Assembly: GCA_021650915.1 (NCBI GenBank)
Contig: CP091279.1
Coordinates: 1,440,001-1,472,000 of the forward strand
Length of the DNA stretch: 32,000 bases
Origin: Candidatus Brocadia sp.
GTDB taxonomy: Bacteria > Planctomycetota > Brocadiia > Brocadiales > Brocadiaceae
Direction: 5' to 3'
Position 1 is the first letter of the stretch, and each line of letters opens with the position of its first letter. This document shows, piece by piece, positions 1 through 8,394 of this stretch. A model generated the notes under the pieces. That model saw only the letters and a program-made list of their open reading frames with translations, had not been told where the DNA came from and ran no database searches. The position numbers and the translations under genes are program-made.

Positions 1-1
1 A

Positions 2-1558
2 CTCGACACCCTCGCTGGCGTTGTTCAATTAATCACCGAATTAAGGGACGAAATCGAAAGCAAGGAAAAGAATCTCGATGAAACCCAAGCGCGTGAAGAG
101 AGATTGGAAATTAAGAAGGACATTGATAAACTCAATGAACGGCTGGAATCCCTGAAAACAAATTTTGAGGAGATTGCCACGGGTTTGGATCTGGAGGCAT
201 TTTATCAAAAACCACAAAAACGTTTTGACTGGAAGGAAGAAATCCAGACCCTCGTAGGGCCGATTGTAAATGACTTAAAAAATATGACCGCTCGCCCCCG
301 GTTAATTGAAAATTTGCGGACACAAGTGGCCTACTACGAAAAGCAAATTTCCCTGGTAAAAGAGGCGCTGGAAAACATCCAGACGATTGCTGTCCAGGTC
401 AAAGATGAAGCCTTGAAAAATCAACTCATCGGCCTGAAAAATGACTGGACTAGCAAAGGGAGGCAGATTTCAAGCCAGCTTACCATCGCAAAATATCAAT
501 TGACCGACAAATTGGGCGAAAGAAAGACATTCCTTGAATCGAGTAAAAATATCGTGAGGGTATTTTTCAAGAGCCGGGGGAGAAATTTTGTCTTATCCGT
601 ACTCGCATTCCTGTTTGTATTCTTCTTGCTTCGTTATATTCACCGGCATCTTTACAAAGGGAGCGCCATCCACAGGACGTTGGCAGGCTCATTCTACATC
701 CGTCTTGCAGAAGTGTTGTACCAGGTACTCACCTTTGTTGGCGCCACCGGGGCGCTGCTGATCGTATTGTACGTTTGTGGCGACTGGGTACTTTTGGGTA
801 TAGCGTTCATTTTTATCTTAGGCCTCATCTGGACGGCAAAACAGACCCTTCCCCGTTTCTACGAGCAGGGCACACTCCTCTTAAACCTTGGGCCAGTCAA
901 GGAAAATGAACGGGTAATATACAACGGCCTTCCCTGGAAGGTGGTCTCACTACACTTCTATACGCAGCTGGTGAATCCGGAATTGAAGGGAGGAATGATC
1001 AGGCTTCCCCTGAATGAACTCAAGGATATCAGGTCACGCCCCTATCATCACGATGAACCCTGGTTTCCGTGCAAAGAAAAGGACTGGGTTATCCTTAATG
1101 ACGGAACTATGGGGAACGTGACGATACAGACTCCTGAAATTGTGCAGCTTGCTGTTGCCGGAGGAAGTTTTAAAACGTATCCCACGGCGGTATTTTTAAA
1201 CCAGAACCCCCTCAACCTCTCCAGGAACTTTAGTGTCAGGGTTACTTTTGGCATTGCATACCAACATCAGGCAATTGGTATTACCGAAGTCCCTCAAAAA
1301 CTGAAAGAGGCAGTAAACGCAGGACTTATCAGGGAAGGATATCAGGGTGATCTCATGAATCTGAATGTGGAATTTAAAGAAGCGGCCGATTCATCCCTGG
1401 ACTACCTGATTTTTGCCGAGTTCTCAGGACGAGTCGCAAAAGACTATTATAAACTTTCCCGAATCATTCAAAAGATCGCATTGGAAGCATCCAATACAAA
1501 CGGATGGGAAATTCCTTTCACGACATACACGGTTCATACGGTTCCGTCTCACCAATAG
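2..1558 (+). CDS. MscS-family mechanosensitive-channel-like membrane protein (5' end outside window)
   Basis: The frame is open from base 2 with no stop upstream of the listed TTG at 104. It has a coiled-coil-like N-terminus and hydrophobic TM blocks (FVLSVLAFLFVFFLL, LLIVLYVCGDWVLLGIAFIFILGLIW). A beta-domain-like pattern follows (KDWVILNDGTMGNVTIQTPEIVQL...YPTAVFLNQNPLNLSRN), as in MscS family proteins. Confidence 0.6.
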   Translation, partial: LDTLAGVVQLITELRDEIESKEKNLDETQAREERLEIKKDIDKLNERLESLKTNFEEIATGLDLEAFYQKPQKRFDWKEEIQTLVGPIVNDLKNMTARPRLIENLRTQVAYYEKQISLVKEALENIQTIAVQVKDEALKNQLIGLKNDWTSKGRQISSQLTIAKYQLTDKLGERKTFLESSKNIVRVFFKSRGRNFVLSVLAFLFVFFLLRYIHRHLYKGSAIHRTLAGSFYIRLAEVLYQVLTFVGATGALLIVLYVCGDWVLLGIAFIFILGLIWTAKQTLPRFYEQGTLLLNLGPVKENERVIYNGLPWKVVSLHFYTQLVNPELKGGMIRLPLNELKDIRSRPYHHDEPWFPCKEKDWVILNDGTMGNVTIQTPEIVQLAVAGGSFKTYPTAVFLNQNPLNLSRNFSVRVTFGIAYQHQAIGITEVPQKLKEAVNAGLIREGYQGDLMNLNVEFKEAADSSLDYLIFAEFSGRVAKDYYKLSRIIQKIALEASNTNGWEIPFTTYTVHTVPSHQ

Positions 1559-1626
1559 TCTTCTGAGAACAACGCCATCCGCTTGACGGGATTATAATGG
1601 CCATGAGCAAACGATCCTTTTAGGCA

Positions 1627-2262
1627 TTACGAATGCCCTCTTAAAACGACCCGCGCCGGACTGCCGTCACCGTCCTTTATCTTCAATGGCAACGCGATCA
1701 GTTCGTACTCCCCCGGTTTTACCTCATTCAAATCAAGCCCTTCAATGATAATGATACCCTTGTTCAAAAGTATGTGGTGGACGTCTGCATGCACACGGTC
1801 AAACTTATCGACCGACAGATAATCAATCCCGACCAATTTCACGTTATGCATCGCTAAATATGCGGCAGCCGCCTGGGTCAGATAGACAAAATCCTCGATA
1901 AATGCCGAGTGTTTCCAATAGGTAGAGTTAATCGTCTTAAAAATAACCCGTTCGCACTTTTCTATTTCTAATGATTTTAAATTCTCCGCATCAATTTTTT
2001 CTTTATTCTTTATCTCAAATACCTTCGCATTTCCGATAAGTGTGTCCAGGGGAATGTGGTCAACAGAAATACCGTTTTCCTTAAGGTGATACGGGGCGTC
2101 GATATGGGTGCCACAGTGAGAGCCGAAAGTCAGTTCGGACAGATTACACGGGTCACCGCGGGAAATCAGGCTTGTTTTTCGAATGGAAACCGCAGGGTCA
2201 GCAGGCCATGTAATGAGCGTGTCAGAAATGGTAAGTGTTACGTCGTAGAAAGGCGGTTTCAT
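1627..2262 (-). CDS. Cyclase family protein / kynurenine formamidase-like
   Basis: Carries the HCGTHIDAPYH motif (HxGTHxDxPxH) typical of the cyclase/arylformamidase family. The start is set at the ATG (MKPPFYD) preceded by AAGGGAG, not the longer track ORF. Confidence 0.8.
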   Translation of the reverse strand: MKPPFYDVTLTISDTLITWPADPAVSIRKTSLISRGDPCNLSELTFGSHCGTHIDAPYHLKENGISVDHIPLDTLIGNAKVFEIKNKEKIDAENLKSLEIEKCERVIFKTINSTYWKHSAFIEDFVYLTQAAAAYLAMHNVKLVGIDYLSVDKFDRVHADVHHILLNKGIIIIEGLDLNEVKPGEYELIALPLKIKDGDGSPARVVLRGHS

Positions 2263-2411
2263 GGCTCCCTTTGTGTGTATGCACAATCTTTTTTGTCAGA
2301 GAGATTCTGGCATCACATCACTGTATTAGCGCGGTAGCCCAGCACGAAATACGGGAATCTAAGGCGTTGATTGAATAAGGCATTCGCCATCGTAGATACC
2401 TGTATTGAGAA

Positions 2412-3239
2412 TCATTGAGAGGTCAGGGTTGCGGCAAACCGTAGCATCTCGCTTTTATTCAAATCAGAGGTAAGACAATAGGTGACACCGTCTTCTTCCC
2501 ACAATACGGAATTAAAGCCCCGACGATTTCCTATGTAAAATTCTTTATGCCCTACGCGGGTTCTTTCGAGGTTCGTAATGGGAAAGCCGCCTTTTCGTAC
2601 AACCTGGAGTGACAGCTTATTTCCCCCCTTATCAAAAATTACACACGGACTGCTTGTGCCGTAAACTCTGGCAGGCATCCCTTCTCTCATGCCGATTTGT
2701 TTCGTGCTGAGGAAGGGGGACGAATTGCCCAACCTGGTATTTATTGTATTTCCAAGATATTTATTAATATTATCAACCACAGAAGTTTTTTCATTGAACA
2801 CCAAATTGTCATTTACTGCGACCACATGATTTTTTATTGCGTTGTCAACAATAGTTATGGAATCGGGTTGATAGTAGTTAGTATAATAAAAGATGCCACC
2901 TGTTATGGAAATGAGGATAGAGGCTGCTATAGCATAGGAACGGAAGGAAAGGAACGGGATGGATACCTTCCTTTGATGTCTTCTCTCTTTGCCGGCTTCC
3001 GCCCGGTCGTCTGCTTCGGCAAAATCGATACCCTTGAGAATTCTGTCGTAGAGATATGCAGGGGCTGTTATCTTGACACAACAGGTTTTCACTAAAGACC
3101 GGACATCCATTTCAAATTGGTATCTTCTCTGGCAATCATCACAATCATCAATATGCTCTTTCACAACCAGATAATGAGACTTATCTAATTCTCTATCCAC
3201 GAACTCATGAAAATGTTTCATAGCTTCGGTACACGTCAT
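2412..3239 (-). CDS. Anti-sigma factor, zf-HC2 type, single-pass membrane protein
   Basis: The N-terminus has an H..C..C zinc-finger pattern (HIDDCDDCQRRYQFE) and a central TM segment (YAIAASILISITGGIFYY). Its start overlaps the sigma-factor stop by 1 nt (TAATG). Confidence 0.75.
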   Translation of the reverse strand: MTCTEAMKHFHEFVDRELDKSHYLVVKEHIDDCDDCQRRYQFEMDVRSLVKTCCVKITAPAYLYDRILKGIDFAEADDRAEAGKERRHQRKVSIPFLSFRSYAIAASILISITGGIFYYTNYYQPDSITIVDNAIKNHVVAVNDNLVFNEKTSVVDNINKYLGNTINTRLGNSSPFLSTKQIGMREGMPARVYGTSSPCVIFDKGGNKLSLQVVRKGGFPITNLERTRVGHKEFYIGNRRGFNSVLWEEDGVTYCLTSDLNKSEMLRFAATLTSQ

Positions 3240-3829
3240 TATTTTTCCCTCTTAATAAAACCCCTGTCTTTCGCATATGCCAATAAACTTTTTTGTAGCA
3301 ATCCTCTGCCCCGGTTCAGTCTTGATTTTACCGTGCCAATGGGCACATTTGTAATCTCTGAAATGTCTTTATACGATAATTCTTCTACATCGGAAAGCAA
3401 GATAGCCTCGCGATATTCAATGGGTAAGCTATCCAAGGCACTCTTGACTTCGTCGTCCAGCAAACTGCCCAGGTCATTATACTTCTTCTCTAAGGTATCG
3501 ACAGCCTCACCGGACTTGGTTGCTTCTTCGTTTGGTGCACTTATCTGAATCGACTCAATATCATCGAAAAAAATTTCACCCGGCATACTTGCCGTTTTCC
3601 GGTAATTATTTATAAAGGTATTTCTCAGAATCTTGAAAAGCCATGCCTTTAAGTTGGTTCCTTTTTGAAAGGTGTCGAAAAAACGATATGCTTTTAAATA
3701 CGTTTCCTGAACGAGGTCCTCGGCTTCCTCCTTATTGAATACCATTCTGAGCGCCATATTATAAAGGGAATCGACGTGTGCCATTGCATGCTCTTCGAAT
3801 TCTCTTCTTCTCGTATTGTCATCCCTCAT
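3239..3829 (-). CDS. ECF (sigma-70 group 4) RNA polymerase sigma factor
   Basis: Region 2 ([17 protein letters not shown]) and region 4 ([31 protein letters not shown]) signatures are present. It is translationally coupled to the downstream anti-sigma gene. Confidence 0.9.
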   Translation of the reverse strand: MRDDNTRRREFEEHAMAHVDSLYNMALRMVFNKEEAEDLVQETYLKAYRFFDTFQKGTNLKAWLFKILRNTFINNYRKTASMPGEIFFDDIESIQISAPNEEATKSGEAVDTLEKKYNDLGSLLDDEVKSALDSLPIEYREAILLSDVEELSYKDISEITNVPIGTVKSRLNRGRGLLQKSLLAYAKDRGFIKREK

Positions 3830-4446
3830 TGCTTACATTTCCTTAGAACAATAAATTTTTGAATAAAGTTCCTGCTTTTACTGAAATGGCATTACAGAAT
3901 TCTATCTGCTTAAATTCAAGGGAGCGCGGGATTTGCAAGTAAAAAGCAGATTTGACATACGAGTCAGAAAGAAAAGTCTATGGTGAACAGACGGTAAGGA
4001 CAGGAATTAAGGCTCCACCGCAATGCCGTGTGAAGCTATCTTTTGGACCCGTATTTCACGGTGGTTTACCCAATGATAGTAATAATACATTTCTCTGTTG
4101 AGAAGGTACGTTTACTAACAAAGACGGGTTCCCAAGATATTCTGGTATAGGTCCTTAAAAATAACGCCTCAAACACGTACATGGCAGAGCCTCAGCACTT
4201 ATAAGTATACGTTGGTTATACTAGCAATTAATATAACCCTACGCAAGGAAAAAACCTTCCCTGCCAGGGTAACCATAACCAGAATACCCATGACGCGGGA
4301 AATTCGTCCGGATTGATCTCCGTGATCAGGCGCACCATAGCGGCATCGGTGCGGTTCCTGAAGAGCGCAACCATTGATGATAATACGCCCGCGTGCTGGA
4401 GCCAGTAGTAAGACAAGGCGGATTCATGCCCCCTCAAAACCCACGT

Positions 4447-4811
4447 GAATAAAATAGAAATTCCGTAACACTTTAGTACCAAAGTAGAAACCCACACTCT
4501 CTGAGTGTAGCCAGAGCAAGGTTGTGAAGTAATAGAAGTGAATGTGCAGATAGATCATGTGCATCTGATAGCGATGGTAGTACCCAAGATATCGATATCA
4601 TAATTTGTGGGAACAGTGAAAGGTTGAACAGCGATACGAATATTTAATAAGTGTCAGCATTTAAAGCAGAAGCCGTATTGGAGGGGATCACTTTTGGTCA
4701 AAGGGGTACTGTGTAGATACCGTGGGATTAGATGCAGAAAAGCTGCACAAATACGTGAAATATCAAGAGCAGAAAGAACGTCAAGAAGAACAAAAGAATT
4801 TTAAAAGGTAA
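4447..4811 (+). pseudogene. tnpA: IS200/IS605-type Y1 (HUH) transposase tnpA remnant
   Basis: The translation reads ..KFRNTLVPK*KPTLSECSQSKVVK / IEVNVQIDHVHLIAMVVPKISIS*FVGTVKG*TAIRIFNKCQHLKQKPYW / FWSKGYCVDTVGLDAEKLHKYVKYQEQKE. HUH (HVH) and C-terminal Tyr motifs are recognisable. The frame is broken by at least 4 in-frame stops and 2 frameshifts. Confidence 0.75.
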
Positions 4812-4946
4812 AATAGCACGGGGACAAATCTCCCTTGCTTCCTTTGGGAGCAAGACATATTTATCCTCTTCTGGGTTATCCCAAATCCACCTGCTCCGCG
4901 GGTGGATTCTTTACTTTATGCGCAAGCCCTATAATCCCGGGAAAAT

Positions 4947-5099
4947 CGTAACGCTTTAGTTTTTTGAAAAAGCAGGGGCGAAGCATTTGCCTGCTTGGGG
5001 TGTGAATACATTTATATCAATTTATGGCAAATGCTTCGCCCTTACACCGTGCGGTAACATTGTTATTATTGTAATTTTTCAAAAAACTAAAGTGTTACG
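4947..5099. repeat. Composite inverted repeat (25-bp outer arms, 16-bp perfect inner arms)
   Basis: Outer arms are 4947-4971 cgtaacgctttagttttttgaaaaa and 5075-5099 (24/25 complementary). Inner arms are 4976-4991 gggcgaagcatttgcc and 5026-5041 (16/16). Confidence 0.8.
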
Positions 5100-5317
5100 G
5101 AAAATCGAAATTCAATTCAAATTTTTTTCACATCTCTATGATGCTACGCTGTCACAGAGATGTTTCCGTCCGTGGTACAACCACGAATGATACGCACCAT
5201 AGTGTCTAATAAAAAAATATTTTGACATTATTGGCAAAAATGTGAATAGGCATACCTCTGTCAGGGTTTTGAACCCTGACAGGGGTGGCTCGCTTTTCCG
5301 ATTCGTTCGGTTTGGGG

Positions 5318-6406
5318 TTACTTCACATGATTCTTCAACTCTGTCATATAGGCAGGAAGATGCTTATATAAATATTTTTTCTTCCGTGACTTCTTCTCTG
5401 ACATAACATATCCTGCAATGATCGGCATGGCTATCGTTGCGTCGCTGTAAACAACCACATGGTTTTTTACCTCCTCGCTGCGTATCTTACCCCATGATAT
5501 AGCCTCTGTTGGTGTTGCCCCTGAAAGCCCGCCCCACTGCGGCGCATCGGTGGTAATCTGGATAAAGTAATCATGACCACCTTTATGAATATCAAGTATC
5601 TGTGCAAGGGTAGGTTGTGTCTGCATATAGAAATTTTTTGGAGAACCGCCGCCGATACTCACAACACCATTCTTTTCACCGCTGAAAACAATAGCCGTGG
5701 TTTGAAGGACATCGAGGTCAGTATCAATCGTGATACCTTTATCCTTTATTTTCAGATAAGAAAGATTCATCCCGATCGAAGAATCTCCCGGAGAAGAGAC
5801 AAAGACGGGGACATCGTATCGTGCCGCCTGGGCAACAAAACTTAACTGAGGCGATGGGGTATCCGAAAGAACTGCCTTGCCTAACATATAATGAAAGTCG
5901 GCAGTCGAGACGGGCTGAGCGAGAGAATTCTTTTTCGCTACATCCTGAATAAATTTGTCCGTCTTAAACAACAGCTCATCCGTAATAAAGATATCGTAGA
6001 TACGTTCGATCCCGGCTTCGTAAAGTTTTGTATCGTCAACCCGAAAATCTCCCTGATGTATTGGCAGGTCAAGGGCAAAGTGAAGATCATGATACAGATT
6101 CGCACCAGTCGAAATGATAAAATCCACAAAGCCATTTTCAAGAAGCGCAATAAGAACGCCTCCCATCCCCGTAGGAGTCATAGCGCCTGAAAGGGTAAGG
6201 CCTATCGTCGCACCCTCATCAATCATATGGGAGTAAAGTTTACATGCCTCTGCTAACCGTCCCGCATTAAATGCCCCGGAGCGACTATATTCATCAACAA
6301 GGTCTTTGACCTTCATACCCTTCTTCAGGACCTGAGGAGTTATACGCGGCTTACAGAGATATTTATGCTGCAACTGGCACTGTTTCGATTTTTTCGACAT
6401 AGACAT
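5318..6406 (-). CDS. Deoxyhypusine synthase-like (homospermidine synthase family) protein
   Basis: A 362-aa ORF with DHS-family blocks (GLTLSGAMTPTGMGG, FIISTGANLYHD, VSSPGDSSIG, ISWGK). Assignment is from memory of the family and was not searched. Confidence 0.75.
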   Translation of the reverse strand: MSMSKKSKQCQLQHKYLCKPRITPQVLKKGMKVKDLVDEYSRSGAFNAGRLAEACKLYSHMIDEGATIGLTLSGAMTPTGMGGVLIALLENGFVDFIISTGANLYHDLHFALDLPIHQGDFRVDDTKLYEAGIERIYDIFITDELLFKTDKFIQDVAKKNSLAQPVSTADFHYMLGKAVLSDTPSPQLSFVAQAARYDVPVFVSSPGDSSIGMNLSYLKIKDKGITIDTDLDVLQTTAIVFSGEKNGVVSIGGGSPKNFYMQTQPTLAQILDIHKGGHDYFIQITTDAPQWGGLSGATPTEAISWGKIRSEEVKNHVVVYSDATIAMPIIAGYVMSEKKSRKKKYLYKHLPAYMTELKNHVK

Positions 6407-6464
6407 TTTGCGTTTCCTTACGTGAATAATTACCTATGGATTCAGATATCGATACAAGTTACGA

Positions 6465-6554
6465 GTAGGGTGGATTAAGGCGTTGGTTTTTACGCCGAAT
6501 CCACCACAACTATTTCCTGGAAAGGTGGATTCGCTCTCGCTTAATCCACCCTAC
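6465..6554. repeat. Nested inverted-repeat element, GGTGGAT family, copy 1
   Basis: Outer IR is gtagggtggattaag (6465-6479) with cttaatccaccctac (6540-6554). Inner IR is cgaatccacc (6496-6505) with ggtggattcg (6524-6533). A small hairpin ggcgt..acgcc is also present. Confidence 0.8.
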
Positions 6555-6689
6555 CGTAAACCAGCTTAAATAAAATGAAAATTCCTATACAATCCAGTTA
6601 TAAAAACGAAAGGGAGTCAAAGTATATAAAACGGGGACAGGCCAGTCAATTGAAAAGAATAATGCCAAGGAATTTCCGTATACTTTTTT

Positions 6690-7571
6690 TCAATTCCTCT
6701 GCCGTATTTCACGCATGACATCTTCAATCTGTATGTTTTCCAAACATCTTTGTGTAATACAATCTTTCCTCGTTTCCGCCCTGCATGGACTGCAAGACAC
6801 TTTTTGATAAAGGATTTTTACCAACTTACCCCGAGGCCCCCAAACTTTTGGATCAGTCGGGCCAAAGAGGGCAATGGTATGAATACCAAGAGCAGCGGCT
6901 AAGTGCGTGACCCCAGAATCATTTCCAATAAAGAGATTGCATCGTTTTATTACCGAGGCCAGTTTCGATAAGGGAAGTTGATCGGCTACGGTAAAATCAT
7001 CACCCACTTGCCCCTTTAATCGTTCAGGAATTCCTTGGTCAGCAGGACCGGAAACAATAATGGCATGCGCTTGTAGTTCCTGATTGAGCCAGTTTATCAG
7101 TGCGACAAATCTTTTCACCGGCCAGCATTTTTGTTTGCTGCCACTGCCGGGGTGAATGGCAACCAGCATGCTTTTTGAACCAGGAATGCTGTTTTTTACA
7201 AAATCATCACCAAACCTGACGTCCTCATCGTTTAAAAATATCTTTGGGATTATATCCGCACAGGTAATATCCAGGGCGTCCAAGGATCGCAGAAAATGAT
7301 CAATCATGTGAATAACTTCATCACCAGCAGGAAACGGATCATAGTGAATAATGCGCCCGGCCTTTACCGTATTCAGATTTTGAGAGAAAACCCCCTCCTT
7401 GTCAGAAACAAACGATATAATCAAATCCATAGAAGAAAGTCTTTCCCGGAATCGCCGCGGTATCTCAGCATTTTTAACAAAGAGATGAGAAATGTCCGAT
7501 TGATCAAACCGGCTGACCGCATCCGCATAATAGCGCCCGTTGATAAGTTCCAGGTACATGGGGTAACCCAT
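6690..7571 (-). CDS. Glycosyltransferase family 9 (heptosyltransferase-like); start unresolved
   Basis: C-terminal GT9 blocks are present (LFIGNDSGVTHLAAALG, TIALFGPTDP). The conserved N-terminal GT9 segment KRILIIRPGAIGDIIVTLPAL is in frame upstream of the first ATG (see findings). Confidence 0.8.
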   Translation of the reverse strand: MGYPMYLELINGRYYADAVSRFDQSDISHLFVKNAEIPRRFRERLSSMDLIISFVSDKEGVFSQNLNTVKAGRIIHYDPFPAGDEVIHMIDHFLRSLDALDITCADIIPKIFLNDEDVRFGDDFVKNSIPGSKSMLVAIHPGSGSKQKCWPVKRFVALINWLNQELQAHAIIVSGPADQGIPERLKGQVGDDFTVADQLPLSKLASVIKRCNLFIGNDSGVTHLAAALGIHTIALFGPTDPKVWGPRGKLVKILYQKVSCSPCRAETRKDCITQRCLENIQIEDVMREIRQRN

Positions 7572-7763
7572 TATTTCAATGCAGGCATGGGGGAAACGAT
7601 CACGAATTGCCCCAAGGGCAGGCAGGGTGACAATTATATCGCCAATAGCCCCTGGACGTATAATTAAGATGCGTTTTCCTGAGGATTTAGATTTAGCCGA
7701 TGTTTGTAAAATGGGTTAACAGGATGTTAGATTTGATACTTATCAGCGCAGATGAAAAATTTG

Positions 7764-8087
7764 TTACGACGATTCCTCTTTCTTTTTTTTAATCATTTCA
7801 GTCACATTCTCAAAGAATTTGGGATTTCCGTCAGCTGCAGCCCGTTTTTTTGCCTCCGCCTGTATCTTTTTTACATCCAGAATATCGCCCATGCACTCCT
7901 CGGCGGATTTACACCACTCTACGCAGGTTGGAACCTTGTCTTTAAAAATAGTTGTGCCGCACTTATGGCAATCCGTCTTTTCTTCATCACTCCACATCTC
8001 TACCATCACACCACAATTATGGCATTTGCGATCTATCGGTGTAGGGGTCGCATTTCGTATACTACCTGGACATTTTACTTTACTCAT
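7764..8087 (-). CDS. Small Cys-rich (zinc-ribbon-like) protein, function unknown
   Basis: The ATG at 8087 is preceded by AAGGAG. It has CxxC pairs (CHNCG, CHKCG) plus further Cys residues and a Lys-rich tail. Confidence 0.55.
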   Translation of the reverse strand: MSKVKCPGSIRNATPTPIDRKCHNCGVMVEMWSDEEKTDCHKCGTTIFKDKVPTCVEWCKSAEECMGDILDVKKIQAEAKKRAAADGNPKFFENVTEMIKKKKEESS

Positions 8088-8394
8088 AATCTGTAATCTC
8101 CTTAACCTTACCAAAGAGATATTCCATCTTTGTTTTATAAAACGGAATTTTATGCCAAATTGTTTCCTTGGTCAAGCATTTTCTCAAGAAGAGGCCGTGT
8201 CAAAAGTTTTTCATCTTCATAGAAGCAAGGGTTATCACATCATAAACACGGCTACATCGCAACCAAAGCCCTCCCTCATTTGGTAAAGTTTACCCTATCG
8301 CCACGTTTCCATCCGGACATCGTGGAATGGCCGAAACAGGACTGTGATAAGGGCGTGAAAAGGTCACCTTATTTTCTTGCGTTTTTGTTAAATA

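Noticed and set aside
3846-3872. ECF-type promoter-like GGAAC-N17-TGTTC upstream of the sigma-factor gene (minus strand)
   Set aside because: The -10-like element would sit only about 17 nt from the ATG and overlaps the likely RBS. It is too close to be a convincing autoregulated promoter.
4228-4497. 89-aa minus-strand ORF
   Set aside because: It lies antisense to, and overlaps, the tnpA relic. It has no motif or RBS.
5199-5208. atagtgtcta matching the first 9-10 nt of the IS terminal repeat, considered as a solo IS end
   Set aside because: The match is too short and no further IS sequence adjoins it.
5258-5282. 11-bp perfect hairpin (ctgtcagggtt ttg aaccctgacag) downstream of the DHS-like gene, considered as a terminator
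   Set aside because: No U-tract follows on the minus strand, so it could equally be a REP-type hairpin. It was left uncalled.
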